DNA of 20,000 nucleotides from an uncultured virus (IMG/VR IMGVR_UViG_3300031867_000012) (Duplodnaviria > Heunggongvirae > Uroviricota > Caudoviricetes). Under the pieces are notes generated by a model. The model was not told where the DNA came from. It worked only from the letters and a program-made list of their open reading frames with translations, and did no database searches. Position numbers and translations under genes: made by a program. The DNA lies in IMG/VR virus record IMGVR_UViG_3300031867_000012, one strand, 5' to 3'. Positions 9,251 to 15,877 of this stretch are shown one piece after another (the first letter of the stretch is position 1; each line of letters starts with the position of its first letter).

Positions 9251-9836
9251 ACCTATAATGGAAATCTTGTTTTAAATTATTATATTTATGTAATTCTTCC
9301 GATTTATTTGGGAGTTCTTGACATTTTTTAATCCATTCATTTCTTAATGTAAAATTTAATCCTAGACAATTAAATATATATAACCCATTAAGTATTTTAA
9401 TTGCATAAATAGTTTCTGATTCTCCAATACCGTGTTCATAATTAGTTTGAACAAAATGATATAATTGTTCATCTAACATATCGGCATCATCATCTATTAT
9501 AACATAGTTTTCTACTTCAGGGTGTTCATTTAGCCATGTTTGTATTTCACCACCTCTACCAGTTCCATAATATTTTTTATCTGAAAACCAAGGAGTTACA
9601 TCATAAAGATTATCAACAAACCATTGTAATATTTTATTTTTTGAACATTTTTTATTTTCATCTAATATAAACTCTTTTGTGTGTTCAACAGTATTACAAC
9701 GCCAAGATGATGAAACAACAATCTTAGCTCCTGTTTCATCTACAATTTTTTTAACCCATTTTAATTTCTTTAGATTAATATACCACTTTGGTGGAATTGT
9801 TATAACTCCATCAAAATCAAGAAATATTACTTTCAT
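9240..9836 (-). CDS. HAD-family phosphatase (Swiss-Army-Knife RNA-repair-like HAD domain)
   Basis: IFLDFDGV, IVVSSSWR, RGGEIQTWL, YVIIDD motifs. Confidence 0.85.
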   Translation of the reverse strand: MKVIFLDFDGVITIPPKWYINLKKLKWVKKIVDETGAKIVVSSSWRCNTVEHTKEFILDENKKCSKNKILQWFVDNLYDVTPWFSDKKYYGTGRGGEIQTWLNEHPEVENYVIIDDDADMLDEQLYHFVQTNYEHGIGESETIYAIKILNGLYIFNCLGLNFTLRNEWIKKCQELPNKSEELHKYNNLKQDFHYRYED

Positions 9837-10168
9837 AATTGTTTTGCTAATCTATATAAATATTTATTTCTATATTTATCTTTAATGAATCCTTTACGTT
9901 TATACCAATCAAATACAAATGAATCTTTCTCAGCGGTTAAATATATTTTTTGTAATTTAAGATCTTTAGCCAAGTTTTCGCATTCTTTAAGTAATCTATT
10001 ACCTAATCCTTTCTTTCTTGCTTTATCAAATACACTTAAATTACTAATCCACCCAAAAGTCTTGTTATCATTATCGATCTGTAATGTAATCATACCATTA
10101 CCATTATCTAATATAATATAGTATGATTCTCCCCAATACCAATAATTATGATGTATTACTTTTTGCAT
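9833..10168 (-). CDS. GNAT-family N-acetyltransferase
   Basis: LSV...RKKGLGNRLL acetyl-CoA binding motif; WYKRKGF. Confidence 0.85.
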   Translation of the reverse strand: MQKVIHHNYWYWGESYYIILDNGNGMITLQIDNDNKTFGWISNLSVFDKARKKGLGNRLLKECENLAKDLKLQKIYLTAEKDSFVFDWYKRKGFIKDKYRNKYLYRLAKQL

Positions 10169-10449
10169 TTCTTAGACCAATAATAAGGGCAATATGGAGT
10201 TTTTCTTAAAGCATCTTTATACATTTCAAAAGCTTCTGAAACATTCTCTACTTTATCAAAATATTGATTTAATGATTCTACAAATTTCTTTTCTGCACTA
10301 TCTTCAGTTAAATACCAAATATCAACCCAAATATCAGTTTCATACCCAGTACTTGCAGTAATATGAAACTTATCAGGTTCTGAATATCCTGTACCACAAC
10401 TACAATTAGGTACTAAATGCTCTAATAATTCAATTTTTATTATCTTCAT
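10156..10449 (-). CDS. hypothetical protein
   Basis: 97 aa in operon. Confidence 0.7.
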   Translation of the reverse strand: MKIIKIELLEHLVPNCSCGTGYSEPDKFHITASTGYETDIWVDIWYLTEDSAEKKFVESLNQYFDKVENVSEAFEMYKDALRKTPYCPYYWSKKCKK

Positions 10450-10615
10450 AATCTAATTCTTTAGGGTATAAATCATATTTTTTCAAACTTTCAAAATATT
10501 CTTCTACAGTAGGCCCAACATTATTCCATTTCTTAAGTTCTTCCCATTCTGCATCTAATTCTTCTTGGGACATCGAATCAAGGTTTTTCTTAAATTCTTC
10601 TAACAATTTATTCAT
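10430..10615 (-). CDS. hypothetical protein
   Basis: 61 aa; ATGA overlap. Confidence 0.7.
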   Translation of the reverse strand: MNKLLEEFKKNLDSMSQEELDAEWEELKKWNNVGPTVEEYFESLKKYDLYPKELDYEDNKN

Positions 10616-10953
10616 ATATTTTCTTCAGTATATGTTATCTTAATCTCTTTTACAATAGCATTAAACTGTCCATATTCATTTACATATTTTGCATTTCTAT
10701 CTGCATATTCCTTAATTTGCCATTTCTTTGCAAATCTTTTCTGACGAGTAAATGGCAAATATGAACTTGACCAACCTTGATATGGATTCTTGTCCTTACC
10801 ATATCCTACATACATTTCATTAGCCGATGCCTTAGGATTAAAATAGACTATATCCCCTTTATGAAATACTGTTATTTGATCTTCACTCCACCCGGTTTTG
10901 AATTCTATATCATCTTTGGCTGTACATTCAATAAAATAAAGTGACTTATTCAT
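10612..10953 (-). CDS. hypothetical protein
   Basis: 113 aa in operon. Confidence 0.7.
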   Translation of the reverse strand: MNKSLYFIECTAKDDIEFKTGWSEDQITVFHKGDIVYFNPKASANEMYVGYGKDKNPYQGWSSSYLPFTRQKRFAKKWQIKEYADRNAKYVNEYGQFNAIVKEIKITYTEENI

Positions 10954-11299
10954 AATTTAATAAAATATTTAAAATTTTCTTAGCATCTTTAATTGGAAAT
11001 GAATCACAAAGTTTATTATATAGATAATCTTGTACTTCCTTTTGTGAAATATAATCAGAAATCTCTTTAATTTTCTTTTCAGCTTGTTCTTTTTTGAAAT
11101 TCTTAACTTCATCAGAATCCGGATCCAAAATATCTTCTTCAGTAACAAATTCTCCACCACCATTTTCAGTAACATATGTAAAGAACATTGTTTCTAAATC
11201 TGAATTGTCTTCCTCCTCAATTTTAAGACAAATCTCTTCATGAATAATACCATCAAGATCTTTCCAATAAAAATTTTCGCCTACTTTTGGTAATTTCAT
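10946..11299 (-). CDS. hypothetical protein
   Basis: 117 aa in operon. Confidence 0.7.
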   Translation of the reverse strand: MKLPKVGENFYWKDLDGIIHEEICLKIEEEDNSDLETMFFTYVTENGGGEFVTEEDILDPDSDEVKNFKKEQAEKKIKEISDYISQKEVQDYLYNKLCDSFPIKDAKKILNILLNYE

Positions 11300-11300
11300 A

Positions 11301-11729
11301 TTATATATTATTTAAATCTTCATCGTTTGGTTCTCTAATATCATCAACAAGATCTTTAAGATATTCAATTGTCTTATTTGCCCATAACTTAGTTATATTC
11401 AAATCTCCTTTTCGAATAGAATGTTCAGCACCAATAATTGCCATATAATTCAATGTTTGATAATAAAGTGTTCCCCATGTTGTTGAATTAGGAGAATCAT
11501 CATCTAAATTAAGTTTATAAATCTTAGGCAATTGAACTTCCTTAAGCCAATTAATAGCTTCAAGAGCCAGTGATTTTGCTTGGTCTACATTAAAATTCTC
11601 TAAATCATATAATGTATGGATATTATTATGATCCCGAGCATATTTATTAAATCTAAGATAGTCATAAATAGTATAAAATAAATCTCCATCTATGACAAAA
11701 TTATAAAATACCTTATTCTGCTTTAACAT
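11301..11729 (-). CDS. hypothetical protein
   Basis: 142 aa in operon. Confidence 0.7.
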   Translation of the reverse strand: MLKQNKVFYNFVIDGDLFYTIYDYLRFNKYARDHNNIHTLYDLENFNVDQAKSLALEAINWLKEVQLPKIYKLNLDDDSPNSTTWGTLYYQTLNYMAIIGAEHSIRKGDLNITKLWANKTIEYLKDLVDDIREPNDEDLNNI

Positions 11730-11736
11730 ATTTATT

Positions 11737-11913
11737 TTAATATTTTAAAACTTTAAATTGATTAAAATACTTACTATAATTATTTATAATTTCAAAATAC
11801 TCATCTTCAGTCAAATGTGCATCATTCATTGCCGCTTTAGCCTCCATAATCATATTATATCGACCACTCATTTGAACTCTATAATAAGAGAAAAATTTTG
11901 CTTTTGTAATCAT
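11737..11913 (-). CDS. small hypothetical protein, 58 aa (MITKAKFFSYYRVQMSGRYNM...)
   Basis: Manually found ORF that fills the gap between its neighbours. Confidence 0.7.
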   Translation of the reverse strand: MITKAKFFSYYRVQMSGRYNMIMEAKAAMNDAHLTEDEYFEIINNYSKYFNQFKVLKY

Positions 11914-11916
11914 AAT

Positions 11917-12150
11917 TTATTTATCGTTTAAAGGTGAAAGAAGTTCTCTAATTAAATCAAATGTATCAAACACTCCTAAATTTCTATAAACATCTTTAAT
12001 ATGATTAGGATTATAGTTTGATATAACAGTAATCTCAAAATCTGTATGAGGATATTTAGAAATCAAAAGAGAAATATACTTTCCTTCTTCTTTCCAAAAG
12101 AATGAATTTTTACTTTCATATATTTCTTGGAGTCTTTCTAATGTAATCAT
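11917..12150 (-). CDS. hypothetical protein
   Basis: 77 aa in operon. Confidence 0.7.
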   Translation of the reverse strand: MITLERLQEIYESKNSFFWKEEGKYISLLISKYPHTDFEITVISNYNPNHIKDVYRNLGVFDTFDLIRELLSPLNDK

Positions 12151-12156
12151 AATCTA

Positions 12157-12327
12157 TTATATAACCTTATGATAAACAATTCTTGAATTACATACAGGAC
12201 AATCAATAGCCCTATTCAAATTACCAAAGCCGACAGCATAAGTATCTTCTTTATCAAATGAAAACTTACAACCACACGTTTCACATTTAATAACGAAATT
12301 TGGTTTCTTTAATATTTTTATTGCCAT
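12157..12327 (-). CDS. zinc-ribbon protein, 56 aa
   Basis: Manual translation with CETC...CPVC; fills the gap. Confidence 0.75.
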   Translation of the reverse strand: MAIKILKKPNFVIKCETCGCKFSFDKEDTYAVGFGNLNRAIDCPVCNSRIVYHKVI

Positions 12328-12329
12328 AT

Positions 12330-12674
12330 TTAATCCTCCTTAATGATTATCAATTTTACAAACTTACCATCATCTTGTGGTTGGCAACCCATAGATAAGC
12401 ATTTGATACGTAAGTAATCATCTCCATTCTCTAACTGACCATCAACAGCCTCTTTCATTATTTGCTTTTCCTTCCAGTTAGCACCTTTCTTAAAACCATC
12501 CATAAATGTATCATTTGGTTCATAATACTGATGTGCCACCTCTTCTAAATTATCGCTTACCGGCTCTTCTTGCAAGGAGTCAATAAATTCAGCAACCATC
12601 AATAGATAATAATTTTTTGGGTATTTTTCCAATAACTTATCTATATATGCCATTATTTTCTCTTTTTCTGCCAT
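12330..12674 (-). CDS. hypothetical protein
   Basis: ORF track gives a TTG start at 12686; the ATG at 12674 (MAEKEK...) avoids overlap with the upstream gene. Confidence 0.7.
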   Translation of the reverse strand: MAEKEKIMAYIDKLLEKYPKNYYLLMVAEFIDSLQEEPVSDNLEEVAHQYYEPNDTFMDGFKKGANWKEKQIMKEAVDGQLENGDDYLRIKCLSMGCQPQDDGKFVKLIIIKED

Positions 12675-12682
12675 ACCTCTTC

Positions 12683-12850
12683 TCAATATCTAATACTATA
12701 AAATAACCAAAATCCTAAATCAAATACTACATTAATTCCAAATGCTATAGATAATGGAATACCTAACAAATGTAGAATAAACCAAAGTGAAAACATTAAG
12801 ATAGTAACAGGTGCAGCCCACCATATATAATCATCTTTCTTTTGTTTCAT
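12683..12850 (-). CDS. small membrane protein, 55 aa
   Basis: Manual translation MKQKKDDYIWWAAPVTILMFSLWFILHLLGIPLSIAFGINVVFDLGFWLFYSIRY; two hydrophobic segments. Confidence 0.7.
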   Translation of the reverse strand: MKQKKDDYIWWAAPVTILMFSLWFILHLLGIPLSIAFGINVVFDLGFWLFYSIRY

Positions 12851-12855
12851 TATCT

Positions 12856-13203
12856 TTATATTTCTTCAACTTTGAAAAATTTAATCCAATCAATATTTCC
12901 ACACCCATAAGGAGTAAAACGAAGGAAGAATTCTTTAACTAAATTCACATCTTCAACTTTGTAACCAAAATTTTCATCCATTTGTTTGCAAAGTTTCCAT
13001 GTATCAAGAACATAATGATTACCATCCCATTTATCGGGAAGTCTATCAAACCAATTCCAAGGTTTATTACCAGAATTCTTATTAATCATTTCAGCAAGAT
13101 TTGAAAACTTAGTAAGGTCATTCAATGTAATATCATTTGTAATTATAGGAGATCCACCTTCCCAATTACTTGTCTTAATTTGGATTTGAAATTTTGTATT
13201 CAT
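12856..13203 (-). CDS. hypothetical protein
   Basis: 115 aa; first gene after promoter copy 5. Confidence 0.75.
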   Translation of the reverse strand: MNTKFQIQIKTSNWEGGSPIITNDITLNDLTKFSNLAEMINKNSGNKPWNWFDRLPDKWDGNHYVLDTWKLCKQMDENFGYKVEDVNLVKEFFLRFTPYGCGNIDWIKFFKVEEI

Positions 13204-13215
13204 ATTATCTAATTT

Positions 13216-13254
13216 TTACATTATAAATATAGTATATTATATAAAAAATTCAAT
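13216..13254 (-). promoter_or_regulatory. conserved phage promoter-like motif, copy 5
   Basis: Minus strand ATTGAATTTTTTATATAATATACTATATTTATAATGTAA. Confidence 0.7.
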
Positions 13255-13265
13255 ATTTTATAAAC

Positions 13266-13303
13266 AAAAAATGAGACTTCTAAAATAAATTAGAAATCTC
13301 ATT
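13266..13303 (-). terminator. intrinsic terminator after the tRNA cluster
   Basis: Minus strand AATGAGATTTCTAA...TTAGAAGTCTCATT followed by a U-run. Confidence 0.7.
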
Positions 13304-13306
13304 ATG

Positions 13307-13381
13307 AGCGGGCAACGGGATTCCAACCCGCCTTATTTCACATTGGAAGTGTGATGCCATAAGCAACTAGGCGATGCCCGC
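13307..13381 (-). tRNA. tRNA-Gly(TCC)
   Basis: Acceptor GCGGGCA/TGCCCGC, anticodon arm TCACA-CT TCC AA-TGTGA, U73; T-loop variant TTGGAAT; no encoded CCA. Confidence 0.85.
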
Positions 13382-13406
13382 ATTTACTGATACAACAAAA
13401 TTAAAG

Positions 13407-13485
13407 TGGATGCAATAGGATTCGAACCTATGTTTATTTCTTTTATAAAAAAAGACTATACCCAAAGTATACCTTACACGCATCC
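13407..13485 (-). tRNA. atypical tRNA-like gene, apparent anticodon TTA
   Basis: Acceptor GGATGCG/TGCATCC, canonical T arm ATAGG-TTCGAAT-CCTAT, anticodon arm TCTTT-TT TTA TA-AAAGA; abnormal D region. Confidence 0.5.
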
Positions 13486-13534
13486 ATTAAAAAATAAAAC
13501 TAAAGAATATTTATAAACAGCTAAATTTATAATA

Positions 13535-13609
13535 AAACATTTCAAGTGTTTCGCGTATACCATTTCGCCATTCGGGGAACATCCCCAAATCTGGAATCGA
13601 ACCAGAATA
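13535..13609 (-). tRNA. circularly permuted tRNA, anticodon TGA (Ser)
   Basis: The 3' half (TCTGG-TTCGATT-CCAGA-TTTGGGG-A, 13606-13582) precedes the 5' half (CCCCGAA-TG-GCG AAATGGTATA CGC-G-AAACA-CT TGA AA-TGTTT, 13577-13535), with a 4-nt TGTT linker. Confidence 0.8.
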
Positions 13610-13682
13610 TCGATGAAACTGTTTATATGACTATTAGTTTTTTACCATTTGATAATTTTATATTATCAATAAAATTATTTAG

Positions 13683-13822
13683 TGGCCGAGGCTGGACTTG
13701 AACCAACAATCTTTAATTTCCAAATAATTAACGTGTTTACCTTCGAAGTACCTCTACATCATGACTACGTTTTAACGAGGAAGTAGACGAGAGCTAATTT
13801 CTTTTAATTTCACTACTCGGCC
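13683..13822 (-). tRNA. tRNA with a ~64-nt D-loop insertion (anticodon ambiguous, TTG or TGG)
   Basis: Acceptor GGCCGAG/CTCGGCC, D stem GTG/CAC with GGTAAA, T arm GTTGG-TTCAAGT-CCAGC, anticodon arm TTAAT-TATTTGGAA-ATTAA; insertion at about 13742-13805. Confidence 0.7.
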
Positions 13823-13830
13823 AAATTTAA

Positions 13831-14271
13831 TTACTTAATATTTTCTTTTTCAAAAATATACTTAATAACTGAATCCCAATTTGGGAATTTATTTGAATGA
13901 ATCTGAATATGTTCTCCAGTAAAATTACCAGCTCCATTCTTTATAGAATCATCAATCAAATAATCACCAATATTAAGATCTTTATGGTGGCTAAAAATAA
14001 CATTCTTATATGCATTAGGCAAATATCTCTTAACCCATACAAGTTTTTCCATCAAAGCATTAGGATTACTCCAAGGAGAAGTTGAAAGAATATAAACATC
14101 AAAATATTTCTCCAATTCATTATAAGATTCAATAGCACCTTCCATAGGTTTCAAATCTCTAAAAAATCCAATAATGTGTTTTGCATCTTTTGGGTCAACA
14201 TTAAGTTCTTTAGCAGCACCCAAATAATCGGACATTGTATTGTCCAAATCAATATAAATTATTTTCTTCAT
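13831..14271 (-). CDS. 5'(3')-deoxyribonucleotidase (NT5C-like HAD)
   Basis: IYIDLDNT, FFRDLKPMEGA, ILSTSPW, EKLVWV, K.L..GDYLIDD. Confidence 0.85.
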   Translation of the reverse strand: MKKIIYIDLDNTMSDYLGAAKELNVDPKDAKHIIGFFRDLKPMEGAIESYNELEKYFDVYILSTSPWSNPNALMEKLVWVKRYLPNAYKNVIFSHHKDLNIGDYLIDDSIKNGAGNFTGEHIQIHSNKFPNWDSVIKYIFEKENIK

Positions 14272-14308
14272 ACAAATATAATATAGTAAATTGAATTAAA
14301 AATTCAAT
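14270..14308 (-). promoter_or_regulatory. conserved phage promoter-like motif, copy 6 (abuts the ATG)
   Basis: Minus strand ATTGAATTTTTAATTCAATTTACTATATTATATTTGTAT(G). Confidence 0.7.
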
Positions 14309-14324
14309 TGTACAGATGTAAATT

Positions 14325-14361
14325 TTACATTTACAATAGACATTATCTATAAAAATTCAAT
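14325..14361 (-). promoter_or_regulatory. variant promoter-like copy 7
   Basis: Minus strand ATTGAATTTTTATAGATAATGTCTATTGTAAATGTAA. Confidence 0.5.
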
Positions 14362-14380
14362 AATAAATAAAAATAATTTA

Positions 14381-15478
14381 TTATTTAATAAATTCTAAAA
14401 ATTTATCTATTTTTTCTTTCATTTTTAAAGAACCTTGTTTAGAATTAATTTCATTCCAATCGATTCTATAAACTTCAATTCCATTTTCTTTTATATATTG
14501 ATCTCTTATAATATCCTTTTCTTTACGATCTTTATATTTATGTTGTTTACCATCAATTTCAAGATCAATTTTTCTATTATTAATTTCAATATAAAAATCT
14601 AAAAAATATCTTTCACCTTTACCTAAATTACCATATTCAAATACTTTTTCTCTAATATAAGGTATATTATTATTATCTAAAACTTGTTTCCAAAATTTTT
14701 CAGCATAACTTGTAATATTTCTGGATTTCCATCCTTGAAATCTACCTTCTTTAATTACTTTATTTATAGATTCTTTTGATTTTATTGATATAAGTTTTTT
14801 ATGACATTCATCACAACAAGTAGTACCTCCACCAACTTTACCAGATTTAATTATTCTTGCATAAAATTCTTTATTACAAATAGCACAATTATGTTTATGC
14901 AAATGAATAATATTAATTAATTCATCTTTATAATCATAATTATCTAAATTTAAAATTTTACCAGCATTAATTAATTCAGAAATTAATTTATAATTTTTTT
15001 TATTAAAATAATTTAATTTTTCTTCTTCTGATAAATATTTAGATTTAGATATATATTGTTCTTTATTTTTTCCTGTATATTGGTTATGTGGAATATATGT
15101 ACCATTTTTTAAAGATTTATATATTCCTTGTGAAATTTTTTCTTTTGTTTCTTGAGAATGTACTCTTGAATGAGCACATTTACTTGAGCAACATTTAGGA
15201 TATAAACCTTTATTAAATTGATTATCCGTTAAATCCAATATATATTCTTTTCCACATTTTTTACAAATCAATTTTCTAAGTTTTTTAGATTTTTCATCAA
15301 TTTTATTTAATTGTTTAGATTTATCAATACGATTTTTTGTAGCTCTTTCTGAAGCTAATTTTTGTATTGATTTATCTCTTTCTTCATTATAATTTGGATT
15401 TAATTTACAATGACTCATATGACCCATTAATCCAAATTGATTATTAAATTCCTTTCCACAATATTTACAACAACACAT
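14381..15478 (-). CDS. putative free-standing homing endonuclease (Zn fingers + NUMOD3-like + Vsr/DUF559-like nuclease)
   Basis: N-terminal CxxC/H motifs, HSQETKEKIS NUMOD3-like motif, C-terminal YFLDFYI...LEIDGKQH...D..RD...G..VYRI.W. Confidence 0.75.
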   Translation of the reverse strand: MCCCKYCGKEFNNQFGLMGHMSHCKLNPNYNEERDKSIQKLASERATKNRIDKSKQLNKIDEKSKKLRKLICKKCGKEYILDLTDNQFNKGLYPKCCSSKCAHSRVHSQETKEKISQGIYKSLKNGTYIPHNQYTGKNKEQYISKSKYLSEEEKLNYFNKKNYKLISELINAGKILNLDNYDYKDELINIIHLHKHNCAICNKEFYARIIKSGKVGGGTTCCDECHKKLISIKSKESINKVIKEGRFQGWKSRNITSYAEKFWKQVLDNNNIPYIREKVFEYGNLGKGERYFLDFYIEINNRKIDLEIDGKQHKYKDRKEKDIIRDQYIKENGIEVYRIDWNEINSKQGSLKMKEKIDKFLEFIK

Positions 15479-15554
15479 ATTAATATTATTATCTTTATTT
15501 AAAAATAAACATTTTGTGTAGGAATAGATAAATTTGAACCAACAAAAATTTACG

Positions 15555-15627
15555 TCGGGGTAACCGTACTCGAAACGATTCCACTTGGTCCCAAACCAAG
15601 TATGCTACCATTAAACACCATACCCCG
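15555..15627 (-). tRNA. tRNA-Pro(TGG)
   Basis: CGGGGTA/TACCCCG acceptor; CTTGG-TT TGG GA-CCAAG; A73. Confidence 0.9.
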
Positions 15628-15630
15628 AGT

Positions 15631-15726
15631 TATTTCAAAGAAAATGTTAATACTAAAAATCTTAAATGTTAAAAAATCCTTATTTATCAAAATTATCGAA
15701 GTAAGTATTAACTGACTATTGAAATA
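15631..15726 (-). ncRNA. third copy of the conserved tRNA-associated structured element
   Basis: TATTTCA-ATAGTCA-GTTAATACT-TACTTCGA-(41 nt)-AGTATTAAC-ATTTTCTT-TGAAATA. Confidence 0.65.
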
Positions 15727-15730
15727 TATT

Positions 15731-15769
15731 TATAATTTAATATAGTATATAATAATAAAATTATTCAAT
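15731..15769 (-). promoter_or_regulatory. degenerate promoter-like copy 8
   Basis: Minus strand ATTGAATAATTTTATTATTATATACTATATTAAATTATA; spacer 2 nt longer than the other copies. Confidence 0.45.
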
Positions 15770-15791
15770 ATTAATATTATATTAAATTTTG

Positions 15792-15872
15792 TACCCCGCA
15801 TGGGACTCGAACCCACACCTCCGAAGAGCTAGATCCTTAATCTAGTGCGTATACCCATTCCGCCAACGGGGT
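15792..15872 (-). tRNA. tRNA-Leu(AAG)
   Basis: ACCCCGT/GCGGGGT acceptor, CTAGA-TT AAG GA-TCTAG, variable arm CTC-TTCG-GAG, A73. Confidence 0.9.
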
Positions 15873-15877
15873 GTAAT

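Noticed and set aside
13742..13805. Group I intron, bulge-helix-bulge intron, hammerhead or hairpin ribozyme
   Set aside because: Too short for group I; no 3-4-3 bulge-helix-bulge; no CUGANGA/GAAA three-way junction; GUC is not opposite AGAA.
1792..15769. CRISPR array or insertion-sequence ends
   Set aside because: The repeats are dispersed, degenerate and located at gene-block starts; there are no regular spacers and no transposase.
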